The notes beneath the pieces were generated by a model, which saw only the letters and a list, made by a program, of their open reading frames with translations, was not told the DNA's origin and did not search any database. 64,000 bases of DNA from Cyanophora paradoxa CCMP329 (Eukaryota; Plantae; Glaucophyta): assembly GCA_004431415.1 (NCBI GenBank), contig QPMI01000515.1:124001-188000 (forward strand), written 5' to 3'. Within the stretch, counting starts at the first letter, position 1. Each line of letters begins with the position of its first letter. Positions 1 through 12,890 of the stretch are shown here, in pieces. A program made the position numbers and the translations under genes.

Positions 1-129
1 TACACGGTCTACCGTAGACTCCCGGAGTCCGTATACTGTATATATTACTCCGTAATACTACGGCGCGGTACACTGTGGCAAATACGTATGCTATGATACC
101 GTAGACGACTTAAATACCGCGCCACATAC

Positions 130-945
130 CGTGTAACACTATATTAAGGTACTCACTTTATTATGTCATCCCCAAATTATGTCGCCTCGGACATGACATA
201 ACGACATAATTTGGGACCGTCATAAAACGGGTATAGTAAGTCGCCCGTACAATTGACCGCCCCATACAAGCCCAAAAATTTCATGCCGACATAATTTGGG
301 ACCGTCATATTTCGCATAGAGAAGGGTCGGGTTTTATAACGACATAAATTTGACCGTCATAATATAGTGTCACACGGTATTACCGCGTTCTAAAATTTCG
401 GCGCCGGTATGCGCTTTACCGCGCTTCCAAATTACCGCGTTCCATCGTCTTCGAAAATGTATTATTTGTTAGCAAAGGGGGTATAATACAGTACTAATAC
501 TGCGCTACCAAATTACTGCGTTCTAAAAATTTTGAGCGCGGTAATTTGGCAGCGCGGTAGTTAAGTCAGCGCGGTATATAACTCGTCTACGGTATGGCAG
601 TGACTGCCAGTGAGTCGCCGACTCGCCGCCGACTCGGCGCCGGTGAGTCGCCGCCGACGTCGACTCGAGCTCGCCGGTGACACGCCTACCAGTATAACAC
701 CATAATATGACGGGCACTTTACTATGTCGGCACCAAATTATGTCGGTTCGGACATGTTAAAACGACATAATTTGGGACCGTCATAAATCGGGTACAGTAA
801 GCCGCCCCACACAATTCGATGCATGCGCATGCGCATGCGCAGTGCGTGCATCCGATGATCACGGTGCATGTACATGTCAAGAATTCGGTGCGTTGATTTC
901 TATCCGCGCTAATTAACATTATATAATTACTAGGAGCGCGGTATA
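130..945. mobile_element. Non-autonomous DNA-transposon/MITE-like repeat cluster built from subterminal motifs
   Basis: CGACATAATTTGGGACCGTCATA occurs at ~202, ~287 and ~763, with a variant at ~340 and inverted versions at ~161 and ~723. 162-253 is similar to 723-815. AAATTACCGCG/CGCGGTAATTT motifs lie in 368-580. Homologous sequence occurs at 37760-38050. No transposase ORF seen. Confidence 0.55.
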
Positions 946-1248
946 TGTACTAGTATATATGTGTGTTTGTACGGAGGTTTTAGCAGCAGTAGTTTAACTA
1001 CGTATACTCAGAACCGTGACAGAAGTTCACAGAACGACGACGTACGCGTTGGACGTCACGCGTCGACTCTGAGCTAGCGACGAAAAGAAAGCAACTGAAG
1101 GGCCGTGATCGTGAAGGCCTAGACTGAAGGCGTAGGCTGAAGCTAGTATCGGAGTAGGCCGAAGCCACTTTGTCCGCTAGCTATAGGGCGTCCGGATCCT
1201 TGCATGCGTATTCGTTGCTGCGGCGATCGGCCGGCGCAGGAGGTGCCG

Positions 1249-4200
1249 ATGCGGGCGCCAAATAAACCGATGTGGCGGTCGGTGCTCGTGGTGAACGCTC
1301 TGATCTACGCGCTCCTTTTGACCGCGGGCCGTGCCGAGGATGGCTACATCGCCCGTCCAGCGCGGACTCCGCCCTGCGGGGCCGCGTCCCCCGCCGCGAT
1401 CGACGCGACTGCCGCGGCGTCGGAGGGGGGCGTGGATGTCAGCGGAACCACCTCCGGGGGCGTCAGCGTGAATCCGTTCGGCATCACGAAGTCTTACGTG
1501 CTCAATTATCCGTCGACAAGTGATAGCTTCGATGGGACCAACTCGCCACCAGCATCTCGGCCGGACAGGCCAGAGCCCGTGTACTACCACGGACACCCGG
1601 CTCGTGAGCAACTCTGATGCAAGCGGCCTTCAAAGGCTTCGCGCTGCATTGAAGATTTATGTGTAACCGGCCCCGAATGCAGCGGAGAGGTGGTACACTC
1701 TGACACTCTTCGAAGACGCGTGCGTGAGCACGCATTGTGTTTCACTTGCGTATCGCTGACTGCAGCTGGCTGGCTGCGAATTCGCGCATGCGTAGGGTAG
1801 TCAAGATCCGACCGGACGCCACCAAAATCAAATGGACCAACGAATTTATGCTATACGTCTTCAGGAGCGATATCTGCTCCGCAAACGTCACGGCGGAGTA
1901 TGCCTTGTTGCACCATGGCAGTGCGCGCGCTAGCTCTTCCGGATTTAGAGAGCGAGATCGATATCACTTGCGTGCGCCTTTGATTCTAGGTCTCATTGAA
2001 TTTCCCGCTTCGCAGAAGCGAACGATGAATTGCAAGTGGTCGGTTTCGCGAATTCTACCCTGTACGTCGTAGTCGACGGTGATCAGATACCGATGGCGCT
2101 TTTTATGCATGCATTTGCATACGTTACCTATAGCTAAGCCTGTTTTCACAATTTGGGTTGCTGATTGCAATTGTGTTTCAAATTCTAACACAGGGACCGG
2201 AACAACTGCTTCTTTTTACGGAGCGTTCTGGTTTAATGTCAAAGGTAATCATGCACTTGCGGTTACGCATTCACTTATTTTCTGCTTCACGACCGACGCG
2301 CCCGCTACTCCCATGCAGTTGAGAGTCTTTCTGGCACGGAGACTCTTGCGATCGGTTCGACCATCGAGCAAACTCTCGCGGAACAAACGAAGTTACGGCG
2401 GCTTGGCCCTAGAATGCCACCATCGTTCCCTCTAGATCTGCATATTTACAAGGTTGTGCCAACCACGAGCGGGTAATTTCTCTTTCAAAAGCAGTTTCCG
2501 GCCGCTTCTTGCAATATTAATACTAATGAACTTCGGAACGCACGCAGCTACGTCGAGTTGACGACGCAAAACACCACCAGCGATGCGAATGCCACCAGTG
2601 TCTTCGTCATCGGGAAAGAATCCAGGGCGTTGGGAAACATCCTCGCGTACGCGTGGTCACGTTCGTGTTTTGATATTGATCTTTATACTGTCAATCGTTG
2701 TCGGAAACAATCTCACGAGCTTATCTCCGTCCAGTGCCGACGTATGAAACCCATAGTACACGTCATGCACGTATCACGGCGCACATGACCGCGGGATCTG
2801 TCTACTATGTCGTGGTTGGTTTATCTGGCGGGACAGTGGGTTCAACTGGTTTCCGGCTCGCTATGAACGGTGCGCGGGCTCGCACTCTCGAAACTCGAGA
2901 TCGCGAAACTTGACGTTTGTGTACATGTCGGCTGCAGCGGTTGCACCGCCGTGCACGAACGCTACGGTGATACCTCCCTCGAGCATCGGTGGCGCCGAGA
3001 CAAACTACACATTCCACGGCTCAATGCGCGATGCATCGTATTTTGGAACGTTGCCTGCAGAAATTCAAGTCATCCAGAGCCCGATCTATAGTGGCTGGCG
3101 CCGCAGCCGTAGACTGCAGAGAACCTCACAGCACTTTGAAGCGCGAAGCACCTCTGATTTCGAGTCCAATTCCCCCTTCGGCGACGCCTCAATCTCAATA
3201 CCAGAAGTATGGTTCAGGTGATCATGAGCCCCCCTTCTGATTTCCGATAACTTGCGCGTGGACCTCATGATTCCTCTTCTTGTGCTCAGTTTCACCCCCA
3301 CGCGGGACATGTACGTTCGCTTCACAACGTGCGTCCCGGTGGATGGCGCATGGAATGACGATGTCATGTACGTCTTGTCTGGAAACGCATGCGGCTCGAA
3401 CGGTGTATCCAAAGATTGCATGCTCAACCGAGCTTGTGCGTATCGGGCGACGTCTAAACCGCGCGCGCGAGCACGCACGCGAATCGCATTATAATAATGC
3501 TAATTGCAACTTCCAATGATGACAGATCGGGCGGTCGGACTCATTGGTCAGACTGGAGAAGTGAGCACGTGTAGACATACTGGCGGCGCATATATACCGA
3601 GCGCGTCGATCGTCAAGGTGTACATGCGGGCGAACACGCAGGTACGCATGAGCGAATTGACTAGTACTTTCGTGTCCGAACTTATGGCAATGTTCTCCGT
3701 ACATCCATGCCGGAACAGTATTACGTTGTCTTGGCGATGGGCGCGCTTAACGACAATTTGCCCAAGCTTGGAGGAGAGTTTACACTGGCCGCATTTGGTG
3801 CGAACATATGTACCAAGACACTTAGAAAACATCGATGATATATATATATATTGTTTAACTTTATAATTATGCGTAGAGATCGATTCGCTTTGCTCGGATT
3901 CCACGCCCTCGGTTTCTATTCCTGGGTTCTTCTCGGGCAGCTTCCCGACTCCGACATCTGCCAATTTCACGCGCGGCGACACTCTGCCTGTCTGGTATTT
4001 CTTGCACGATTCCCCTCTTTTTAATATTACCTGTTTTTTAATTTCATCGATATCTCCAATTGTGTGCTGAACTGTAAAACAGGGACCCGCAATCAAACCA
4101 TGAGCCCACTGGGCTCGACCGTGCTGGCCCAGAGATTTATTTCAAGGCGAGTTACTCATTCTGAGGTTATATAATAAACATCCTTTGCGATTAAATATAT

Positions 4201-7200
4201 TGTGTTTGTCTCAATACCTGTAAATGTCGCAGTTTACGGCGCCGCAAGACATGTCGGTACGGTCAAGCCCAACATCCGAACTTTTCTTTTGAATGGGCGC
4301 AAGAACTCAGCCCGTTAAACGAAGCGCACTCGCAGATCAGGGTGGGTTTTGATTCGGCTTCTACCAACTCAGCCTCTGGCGGCGGTGGTAACGTACCTCG
4401 TGCCTACATTCTGCCTGCGACGGTGCGGATCCCTCGCGCATTTGTGTCCGATGTCTGTTCACGCTCTCGATTCAGGTATGTCCTCTAGACGAGCGAATGG
4501 ACTTCACGGGCAGCAGTGTGGCGATGTTTGGTTCAGATATGCTTGCGGATGACTACCAGCCAAATTTCGGCGTCTACGGCGGCAGAACCTACTACGTCGC
4601 AATCGAGCAGGGTGCGGTCCAGGTATAGATCACGGCTTCGCTTCATGGCATCTGTAACATGTCCACGTGCGCGCAGTCGGCAAGGACCCTGTTGGCGGCT
4701 TCAATGTCAGTCTTACGGTTATCAAGACTTTTGACTCGACGACGTGCCCCGAGGTCCCCGCGATCAGCATTCCCTCCGAGGTTGTGCGAGAGTCTCCGAC
4801 TTCGCCTTACACCTTCAAATTCGGATCGTATAACTACACAACGTACAAGTTGACTCCGCAAATGGACATGTTCGTGTTTTCCAGAACCCATCTACATATT
4901 AGGTCAACGTTTATGATCGGCAGGCTCGCAATTGTTCGCTGGAGGATTGGACAGCTCGGCTTCAACCCCCTTTACATCTTCGGCCCAGTCGAGTGTACCG
5001 ACGGTGTCATGTCTTCGGACAGCCACGTATTCGCTCCGAGGGGTGCGATATATAAGATTGCTAATTGGCTTTTATACGAGTTTAGCTTTCAGAATAGGGC
5101 GGATGCAGAGAATACGTATTCGGTCTGAAGCATCTCTCCTGTGCAGAGAGCAACTGGAACCCAGCCATTGCGATATCCTTCTTTGGCGACATGGTTTCGG
5201 CAATGCTTCTCAAGGGAAAAACGTACTACATTGGTGTACGAATTATAAATAACGTAGAGAAAGCAGGAGTCTTCAAGTTCCAAATCATGGGTGCGTCATG
5301 TGAGCTCGCAGAGTAGAGACAGATTTAAATCGTCTTTGCATAGACTCCGAAAATTTTAACATAGAATTCAAATCGTCTTTGCATGGATCTGAAAAACAGA
5401 AGTTTAAAGAGAGGAGCGAGATCTAGATTGTCTAGAGTTTTCGAAAATTTTAATTTTTAAAAATATGGCCCTGTGGCTATATATAATATATTGCATCTTA
5501 CAAGATCTAGATCCGTCAATGAATGAGTTTCTGTGCAGCAAAGGGGCGCACTCCGCTCGCGCCTACCATCATCGCCGCGGAGCTCTCGTCAACTTTGCCG
5601 CACGTAACAGCCAACGTCAGCGTGACATTCGCGCCGCTGGCCTCAATTGGGAGTATCCTCGTGAAGTGCACCGGCGACTTGACTGGCAACTCCACTGCCA
5701 CAATTGAGACGGCATCCATTGGGGACCCGTCCGTGACGACTGTCAGCGTCTCTGTCCATGTCCGGACCGCCGTGAACGTTTCCGTGTCCGGCGGCGAAGT
5801 GCTGAGCACGAGCTGCGTCGCCGAGGCGATTTCGGTTGTTGGCGAGCACTCCGCGACATCTCAGGCCATGCTCGCATCCTACGCGGTGGTGCGCGCGCCG
5901 TGTATAACTCTAGGAACCGATGCGAATACTTGCACGTGCACCGAACGCGGCCCCCGCGCCGGGCCCCTGATCCCTGACAACGCCCGTGCGCGTGTTTCGC
6001 AGCCTACGGCCGGCGCCGGCGCCATACCGAGCCCGAGCCCCTCACCTTCGGGTATCGATTCGAATTCATCATCGATATCGCCGTTGCCAAGGTCAAATTA
6101 ACTCAGCCAATGTCACAAACATAGATCGACCGATGTAAGATCCAGTACTGATTCGACTGTAGCCCGACGCCGATCTCTGGGCTCGAGGTCCCGGCCGCGA
6201 CTCCATCCCCAGCTCCACCAAGTGTGGATCTGGGCCCGACGGGTGAGCTGGATAGTGCAACATAGCTAGATAAATAAGTTGCAATTGGGTTTATTACCAG
6301 ACTCGCTTTGGAAAATGCCGAACGTTATAATTAATTAACGGGACTTTGCGCAGCGGCCCCCTCCGGTGGGACTTGCACCGTATCGCCTGCGAGTGTAAAG
6401 GCTGGCATCGAGCCCGCTACGGTGCGTACAAAGCTGTCGCTAAACGCGGAGACCAACACGTGTGTGTGCGCGAGATTGATCATGAGTGATACACCAGGTT
6501 ATGTGCTCGAACTGGGTCCCCTCGACGCTCGAGTATTCGGTCTTCTACACTATTTCGGGCTCCAGCGAGATCTCCAGAATTTCGTCCAAGGACCTAAAAA
6601 TGCCGCTCGAAATATACTTTCCGGCGGTGCGCGGCCTTGACAACTTTTGCGAACATGCCATGTAGTAACCGCACGTTCTGTCAGGCTGCTGTAAGTGCTT
6701 TCCAGGCGATCGTGTCTGTCGAAGGTGCTCGGCAATCACATTGCATTGCTCTACATCGTTACGGTCATGTGCACACTATCTAACTAATTATGGCGTTGGC
6801 CACAGTCATCAACCATAATGGGGGCAAGTCTACCACCGTGACTGCAGGGACGGTAGAGGTCACGCCGCTCGTCTCATCGACTGGCAACGCTCTTCGCAAC
6901 TTCGAGGTCAAAGCAAAATGCCTCTGTTCGAATTCATGTCTTTTCTGCGACGGCTGACCAGTTTCGTGCGGTTCGTAGGCAGCGGTTGCGGATCACAACG
7001 CTCGCATGAAGGCGATTTTGGAGGTTCGCCGACGATCTTTGTTCCGAAAAACTAATTCAACTGCTGTATTAATGTCTAACGTTCAGGATAACGTGATGCC
7101 CTTCAACAAGAAGATGAGGAAAATTCAGGCTCTGGTCCGGGGGCTCATCGACAAGTACAACGTCGCCTCCGGCAGCTCTCTCCGTCGCCGGATTCTCGGA

Positions 7201-9186
7201 GCAACGAATTCTACTTTGACGCTGGTTCGAGAGTTTCTTGGATACTTGCATCAAACATTCGAATTTGATGTCTCATAGAGATGGCAATCGTGCAACCGTG
7301 TCTCGTAGCTCATATATAAATATCTCCTCGTGCAGCTCTCGAGTTCGATGACGTCCACCGTATCAACCGTTACCACCGAGGCGAGCAAGTCGGAAGTCAA
7401 TCTAACGGATACTGAGGTGCGTATATATCGACTGTTTGGCCGTTAGAGGAACAAATATATATACGAATACGCATCGACTCTGAAACACGCAAAATGTCTT
7501 GCAGAACGCAAATGCCGTGGTGAGTATTTTCGCCAGCATTGCACCCGTTGCGGCCAGCACCGGCGCAGTTTCTGTGCGTTTTTTCATAGCAAATTCAAGC
7601 GGATTTCGCTTTTGGGGACTTAGAATTCGGCGTTTAGGAATCATCCGCCAAGTCTGCCGCCGAACTTCTGCTGAACCTTCTTAACAAGAATCCGGTTCGT
7701 GGAATTCGTTTCTCTGAATTGCGTTGCGCCCTTCACATCTCGTCTGCCTGATCGCTCCGTTCTGTACGTGTAGAACCTCGCAACGACCCCTGGGATCGAC
7801 TCTGCGGTAAAAAGCCTCTCCATAGATACGCGGCAATTGGCGTCTCTTGTAGGTTGACCGGCCACTTTTCGGCCCGCGGCCGCATGCGCAGGGTCTGCAA
7901 GCAAGCCTTTCAGGACTGCTCTCCGCTCTGCCCGCAACCTCGGCCGAGGCTGCCACCATCCGTTCCCAAACAGCCGCCGCTCTCAGCAAGGTCTCCACCC
8001 AGGTACGGGATTCTTTGGTTGTCAAGACCCAACTACTCCGATTCTGTCGATCGCATGCTCTCGACACTGCAATTCTCATATATAATTAGGTGACGCTTGG
8101 CACCGGAACATGCGGGCTGCAGACCCGATCGTCTACCGCCGAGCCCATTCGCTTCCGGGTTTGAAATTACCCCATCCCCAGCAAAGCATTCCTATACCCA
8201 ACCAGTATTCGATCCCAGGTCTGCACTACCACGCCCTCGTCGCTGCAGCTTACGTTCAGGAATTTGATGGTGCTCGGTTGAGCTCCATGAAAGTGCTCGC
8301 AATTGAGCTCTATTTTCTAATCACGTACACACGATCACGATCATCAGATCACCATGCCCCCGAATGCGTATACCAGCGATTACCAGGTGCGTCGCAGTCG
8401 CAGTTAAGCGTTGTACGTCAGCAGACTAATGATAATATAAGATGTGAATGAATGTTGGCCCATTGAATAATTGTAATCATAACTTGCAATCGAACGCGCG
8501 CAGACTTCCGTCGTGGTGCTTGCTGCTTCGGGCTTCCCGTCGCCTTCGGCCGGCTACACTCTGGCATCCGAGATCTACGACGTGCGCTGTAGACTTTATT
8601 AATTAGTTGTGCTGCCGCGGATGGCTGCTGACGCTTAGGTCCCGGCCGCAGATCTCCGCAACAAGCCTGGATAACAACGGGAACGTGGTCGACATCAAGT
8701 CTTTCCCCGCCAACATTACCGTGCGCTGATTGCGAAAACAAAACATCAGTTGTCGCGCGATCAATATTGGCTGACACGCATACGCATCAGTTCGAGCTGC
8801 CCACCACTGGCAGCGCGACAGTCGCTCAGAATTCGAAGGTTATGCTGGCGTTCTACAACTCCAACACGAAAACCTGGGACACGAGCTGCGGTCCGGCATC
8901 CAACCTGGGGTCCGGCATCTTCAGCGGCCAGTGCAACCACCTGACGCCGGTTCGATTCGCGATCGCACGATTTGCGTGCTCCGCATTGCTATGAAGCGCT
9001 CAGACGCGTTCGCAGTTCGCCTTCGTGAGCACTGCTAGCGCTGGCACGATTGGAGGGTCCTCGGTTCCGTATTGGCCTGGCATTGCTTCCGGGAGTGTCC
9101 CGAGCCTGCACGCCGGTCTTTCGAGCATCGCTTTGAGCCTGTCCGCCCTCGCGATCGTCGCGCTCGCCTCCAAGCGCACCTGGTGA
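1249..9186 (+). CDS. Multi-exon secreted/surface protein with REJ-like and GAIN/GPS domains (polycystin-1/adhesion-GPCR-like ectodomain) and a C-terminal hydrophobic anchor
   Basis: Signal peptide MRAPNKPMWRSVLVVNALIYALLLTAGRA. Many Ser/Thr/Val-rich beta-type exons. Pro-rich linker at 6003-6242. REJ signature APSGGTCTVSPASVKAG in exon 6354-6421. Exon 8791-8949 LAFYNSNTKTWDTSC...GQCNHLTP splices (gt 8950...ag 9015) to FAFVST...LSSIALSLSALAIVALASKRTW*, stop 9184-9186. Internal exons were not all resolved, so more than one gene is possible. Confidence 0.7.
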
Positions 9187-9401
9187 GCCTGCAACGTCGA
9201 CTGCATGCAGGCCTAGTCGAGTGACCGGCATCCACTCATCTAAATAGAATAATAATTAGCTAGACTTTTCGCTACTTTCGCAACCTTTCGCATTTCGACT
9301 CATGCTAGAGATATCGTAGTGTCCCTCCCACGCGCACTGGAGTAGTACCGGCGCTAGTACTAGTACTGTCATATTTAAGAATAAATTGACGACACTATGA
9401 T

Positions 9402-10158
9402 TGCAAGGGGGGAAGAAGACCGAAGGGATTCCCCCTTGCTTCCCGTTCCCTCGCTTCAGCCAAAAGTTTTCTATGGGGCCGTTTTCGAGGTCCAGTCTGC
9501 AACGCGGGGAAAAAATGATGGTTATTCGAGACGCGATTGGCTCGGTGAACCGGTCAGCCCTCGACTTTCGAGCGTCAAACTCGAGCTCGCGAGAGCTCTC
9601 TCGAACTTGCGAAAAGTGGTTTTCGAGGGGAAAAACCAACTTCTCTCTCATTCCTGTAGATCTGGGCTCTCCCTCGCGCGGCGCTGCGCTGCGTCACGCT
9701 TCGGTTTTGCATGGCAACCACTTCTCCCTACTAGGCTAGCTGTCTCCTCTAAATTTCCGCTTCCTCGCACTGCGCCGCGTACGCCGCACGGTACGCGTGC
9801 CGCCGCACATCGAGCTTGCACCGCACGCGCCGTTGCCCGCAGCCGAGCACGCTGCCCGGCACCGTGGCACTCGTGCTTGAGCTTGCACCGCAAAACCGCT
9901 TGCGCCGGCCGCTGCCTAGCTGCGCCGCTGATCGCAGCCGAGCACGCCCGGCCGTCCAGCGCTAGCTGCAGACCGTGCTCTCTTGCTGCGCTCAGCACGC
10001 CGCCGACATCGTGCTTAATTATACCGCAGAACCGCGTGCGCCGCTTCCCGCAGCCGAGCACGCCGGCCGGGCCGGGCGCTCTTGTTGCGCTCGGCACTCA
10101 GCTGCTCGGCTTCTCGGACACTAGGACTCTTTCATTAGATCCCGGTTCCCCCCTTGCA
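9402..10158. mobile_element. Possible MITE-like element with 13-bp inverted ends
   Basis: TGCAAGGGGGGAA (9402-9414) is the reverse complement of TTCCCCCCTTGCA (10146-10158). Internal repeated CGCAGCCGAGCACGC at ~9838, ~9933 and ~10049. No TSD recognised. Confidence 0.3.
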
Positions 10159-10413
10159 CCCCCGGCGCGAAAATCGCGGCCGGGCCACTAGTATTTCCTG
10201 CGGTTTCCTACGAGGGGTCAGATTATGCTCGAGCCGACGGGCCGGCGCCGGATGTGCTGAACGCGCACGTGCGAACCCTCCAAGGCCGCGCAGCTGGCCC
10301 GGCTGTGGCCATGCTCATGTCTATATTCGAATTCAATGTATATATCGCCGAGCCGGGATTCGCAGAGGTCGGGGGCGGCACGCTGCGCGGCGAGCCGGCG
10401 AGCGTGGGTAAGG

Positions 10414-12832
10414 TCAGGCCCCCGCGCCCTCGAGCTCCACGACCTCTCCCGGCGCCAGGACGGCCGGCAGGAGGCGTCCCAGCCGCTCCTGGACCTGCTC
10501 AGATCAGACGAGCCCCAGCTCAGACGAGATTTGATCCCAGACCCAGAGAAGCTTTACGAGATCGGATGGGGAGAGCAAGAGGCTAGGCGCTGGCTTTTGA
10601 TTCAGGCCCGGGCCTCGGGCTGGCCTGCCAGGCTGGGTACCGGTTTGGGATCGGAAGAAAGCAGCTGGCAGCGCACTACGGGGGCCCGGGGCGGGGCGAT
10701 CGAAATCTTAATAAGCGGATCTAGATTTAAATAAGGATCTGAATGAGCGGATGTAATAGGGAATAAGCGACTAGTCACAAGCGTATCGAAATGAACCAAG
10801 CGCCAAGACGGGGGGGGGGGGGGGGGGGGGATGGGGGGGGGGGGAACCTTGAGGGAGGCGTGGGGGTCGCCGCGGGTCGGCCCGTCGTTGGCGATCGCGA
10901 CGGGTACCCCCGCCCCGCCGCAAGCAGCACCTGGGGGGGGGGGGGGGGAGCGGGGGGAAGGCGCCGCTTGAGCGCAGGAGCGGGCTGGAGGAGGGGAGGG
11001 CGGGGACGGCGCTCGTCGGGCGACAGGTCTAGAGACGGCTCGAGGTGGAATACGAGAGGCGCCTAGGGTGGAGGGAGGGGGGGGGGAGGGGGGGGGGGGG
11101 GGCGAGGACAGCCCTCGAGGCGGAGGCCTAGTGGCCTAGTGGCCTCTAGTGGCAAGTGCGAATTCGAAGGTTGGACAGGCAAGGCAAGGGGCGGGGAGGA
11201 TAACTGGGAGACGGGCAGGCGCCGGCGTGCTCGGGCCGAGGGGGGGAGGGAGGGGGGCGGGGGGGGCGCGGGGTACGGGGTTCGCGCACGAGGCGGTAGG
11301 CGGAGTACGTCGCGAGGGACGACCCCACGACGAGCACGGCGTCCGCCTCCGAGGCCTGCGGGGTGCGCGATTGGGAAGACGCTGGGGCTGGGGGGGGGGG
11401 GGGGGGGAGGGTGAAGAGGGAGGGGGTAAGGGTTCGGACCTTCCTGGCGGCCTCCTCAGCGACGGCCTTGTCGACGCTACCCCCGAAAAAGACCTGGGGG
11501 GGGGTGGGCTGGGGTACAGGACTCGACGGCGGAGAGCGAAGGAAGAGGGGTACCACGCTGGGCTTGAGGATCCCGCTGCACGAGAGGCAGTGGGGTACGT
11601 GGAACTTGGCGTACACGTCCGGGTGGCTACCCCGGGCGGCGCGTGAGGGGGTGCAGCACTGAAAGATTGGCGACGGGGGGTACGGCGCACTCGACGAGCT
11701 CCGTGTCGCCGTCCGGCCGGAGCCTCGACGACTGCGAGGAGGAGTGCGAACGAAGGTTCTGCGGGAGGAGGGCGGGCGGTTAGCGACCTCAAATTAGAAT
11801 AAGGGGGGTACAGGGACGCGCCTGCGGGGGCCAAAGGGGGTTCAGGTGCCTCAGACGCTCCTGAATGGAGCGGCGGTCCTCCGAGGAGCCGCAGGAGAGG
11901 CACGCGGCCGAGCGGAGGTTCCCGTGAAGCTCCGTAAGCAGCCGCGGGGACGTACCTGCCCGCTGAGAAAAAGATGAGAGGGGGTACGGGTGATCAGGGC
12001 CGCCGGGGGGGGTACCTGGTGCAGCTGGTCGACGTTCTGCGTGACGACGTGGAGCAGCCGGCCCGTCCGCTCGTACTCGGCAATGGCCCTGTACCCGGCA
12101 AAGCACGGCTCAAGCCGAGCCGGGGGGGCCTGCGGAGGCGGGGTAGCGCGACGGCGCCCGCGCCCGCGCGCCTGTGGCCGACATTCGGCTCGAAATTGAA
12201 GAACGCGTCAAAGGCCGCGTAACTCCTGCGCGAGCGGTCAGGAAACGCGCACGGGACCCCACTGGCGGCCCGCGAAATCGTTCGTGAGGCGCACCGGGCC
12301 CAGTATCGCTTCCGCGAGTGCTCCTGCTTGACGAACTCGGAGTGCTGGACGGGACGATGCGGGGGCCGCCCGGGCGAGCGGTAGTCTGCGCGCTTGCGTG
12401 AGGATTGGGCGCCCCGCAGCGGGCGGCGCGGCACGCGGGTTTGCGCGTGCGACTGCGGCATGCAGCGGCGCCAGCAGCGGCGCCAGCAGCGGTGCCATCA
12501 GCGTTCCGATGCCAGCAGCGGCGGCTTGCAGCGGCATCTCGCGGCGGAGGCTTGCGCCAGCTTGAAGCGGCTTGCAGCGGTCCCGCTCGCGCTCGGCCCC
12601 GGGCACCCAGGTATCGAATTCCCACATTGCACGCACCAGGAATGCCAGATTCGGTGCTCAACCCGGCGCCCGTGATCAGCAGGAGGCGACGGCTGCCCTC
12701 GACCAGGCGGCGGAGCTCTCTGACGGCATGCGCGGTGCTCGCGGCCGACGCTCCGCCTGCCGCAGCTAACCCTGCTACGGCCGCCAGCTCTGCGAAGAAG
12801 AAGGCGGACTTTGGCCGACTTTGGCCGCCCAC
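10414..12832 (-). CDS. SIRT4: NAD+-dependent deacylase, class II sirtuin (SIRT4/SRT2-like), multi-exon
   Basis: Spliced motifs: LLITGAGLSTESGIPDYRSP, RKRYWARSY, EPNVGH, VVTQNVDQLHQRAG, LTELHGN, CLSC...CLSC zinc site, ILKPSVVFFGGSV, VLVVGSSLATYSAYR, VAIANDGPTRGD. Last exon VQERLGRLLP...* at 10494-10414. Start codon unresolved; candidate first exon 13099-13072 (see findings). Confidence 0.92.
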
Positions 12833-12890
12833 CCGGGGGTACAGTCCGACAGACAGGTGAAAGTCACCGAGCGGCTGCAGCCAGAGCGCA

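Noticed and set aside
160-815. CRISPR-like 23-bp repeats
   Set aside because: Irregular spacing and mixed orientation; typical of transposon subterminal repeats.
10336-10734. Plus-strand 132-aa ORF that looks protein-like
   Set aside because: It is the antisense shadow of the last SIRT4 exon (10494-10414) and its intron.
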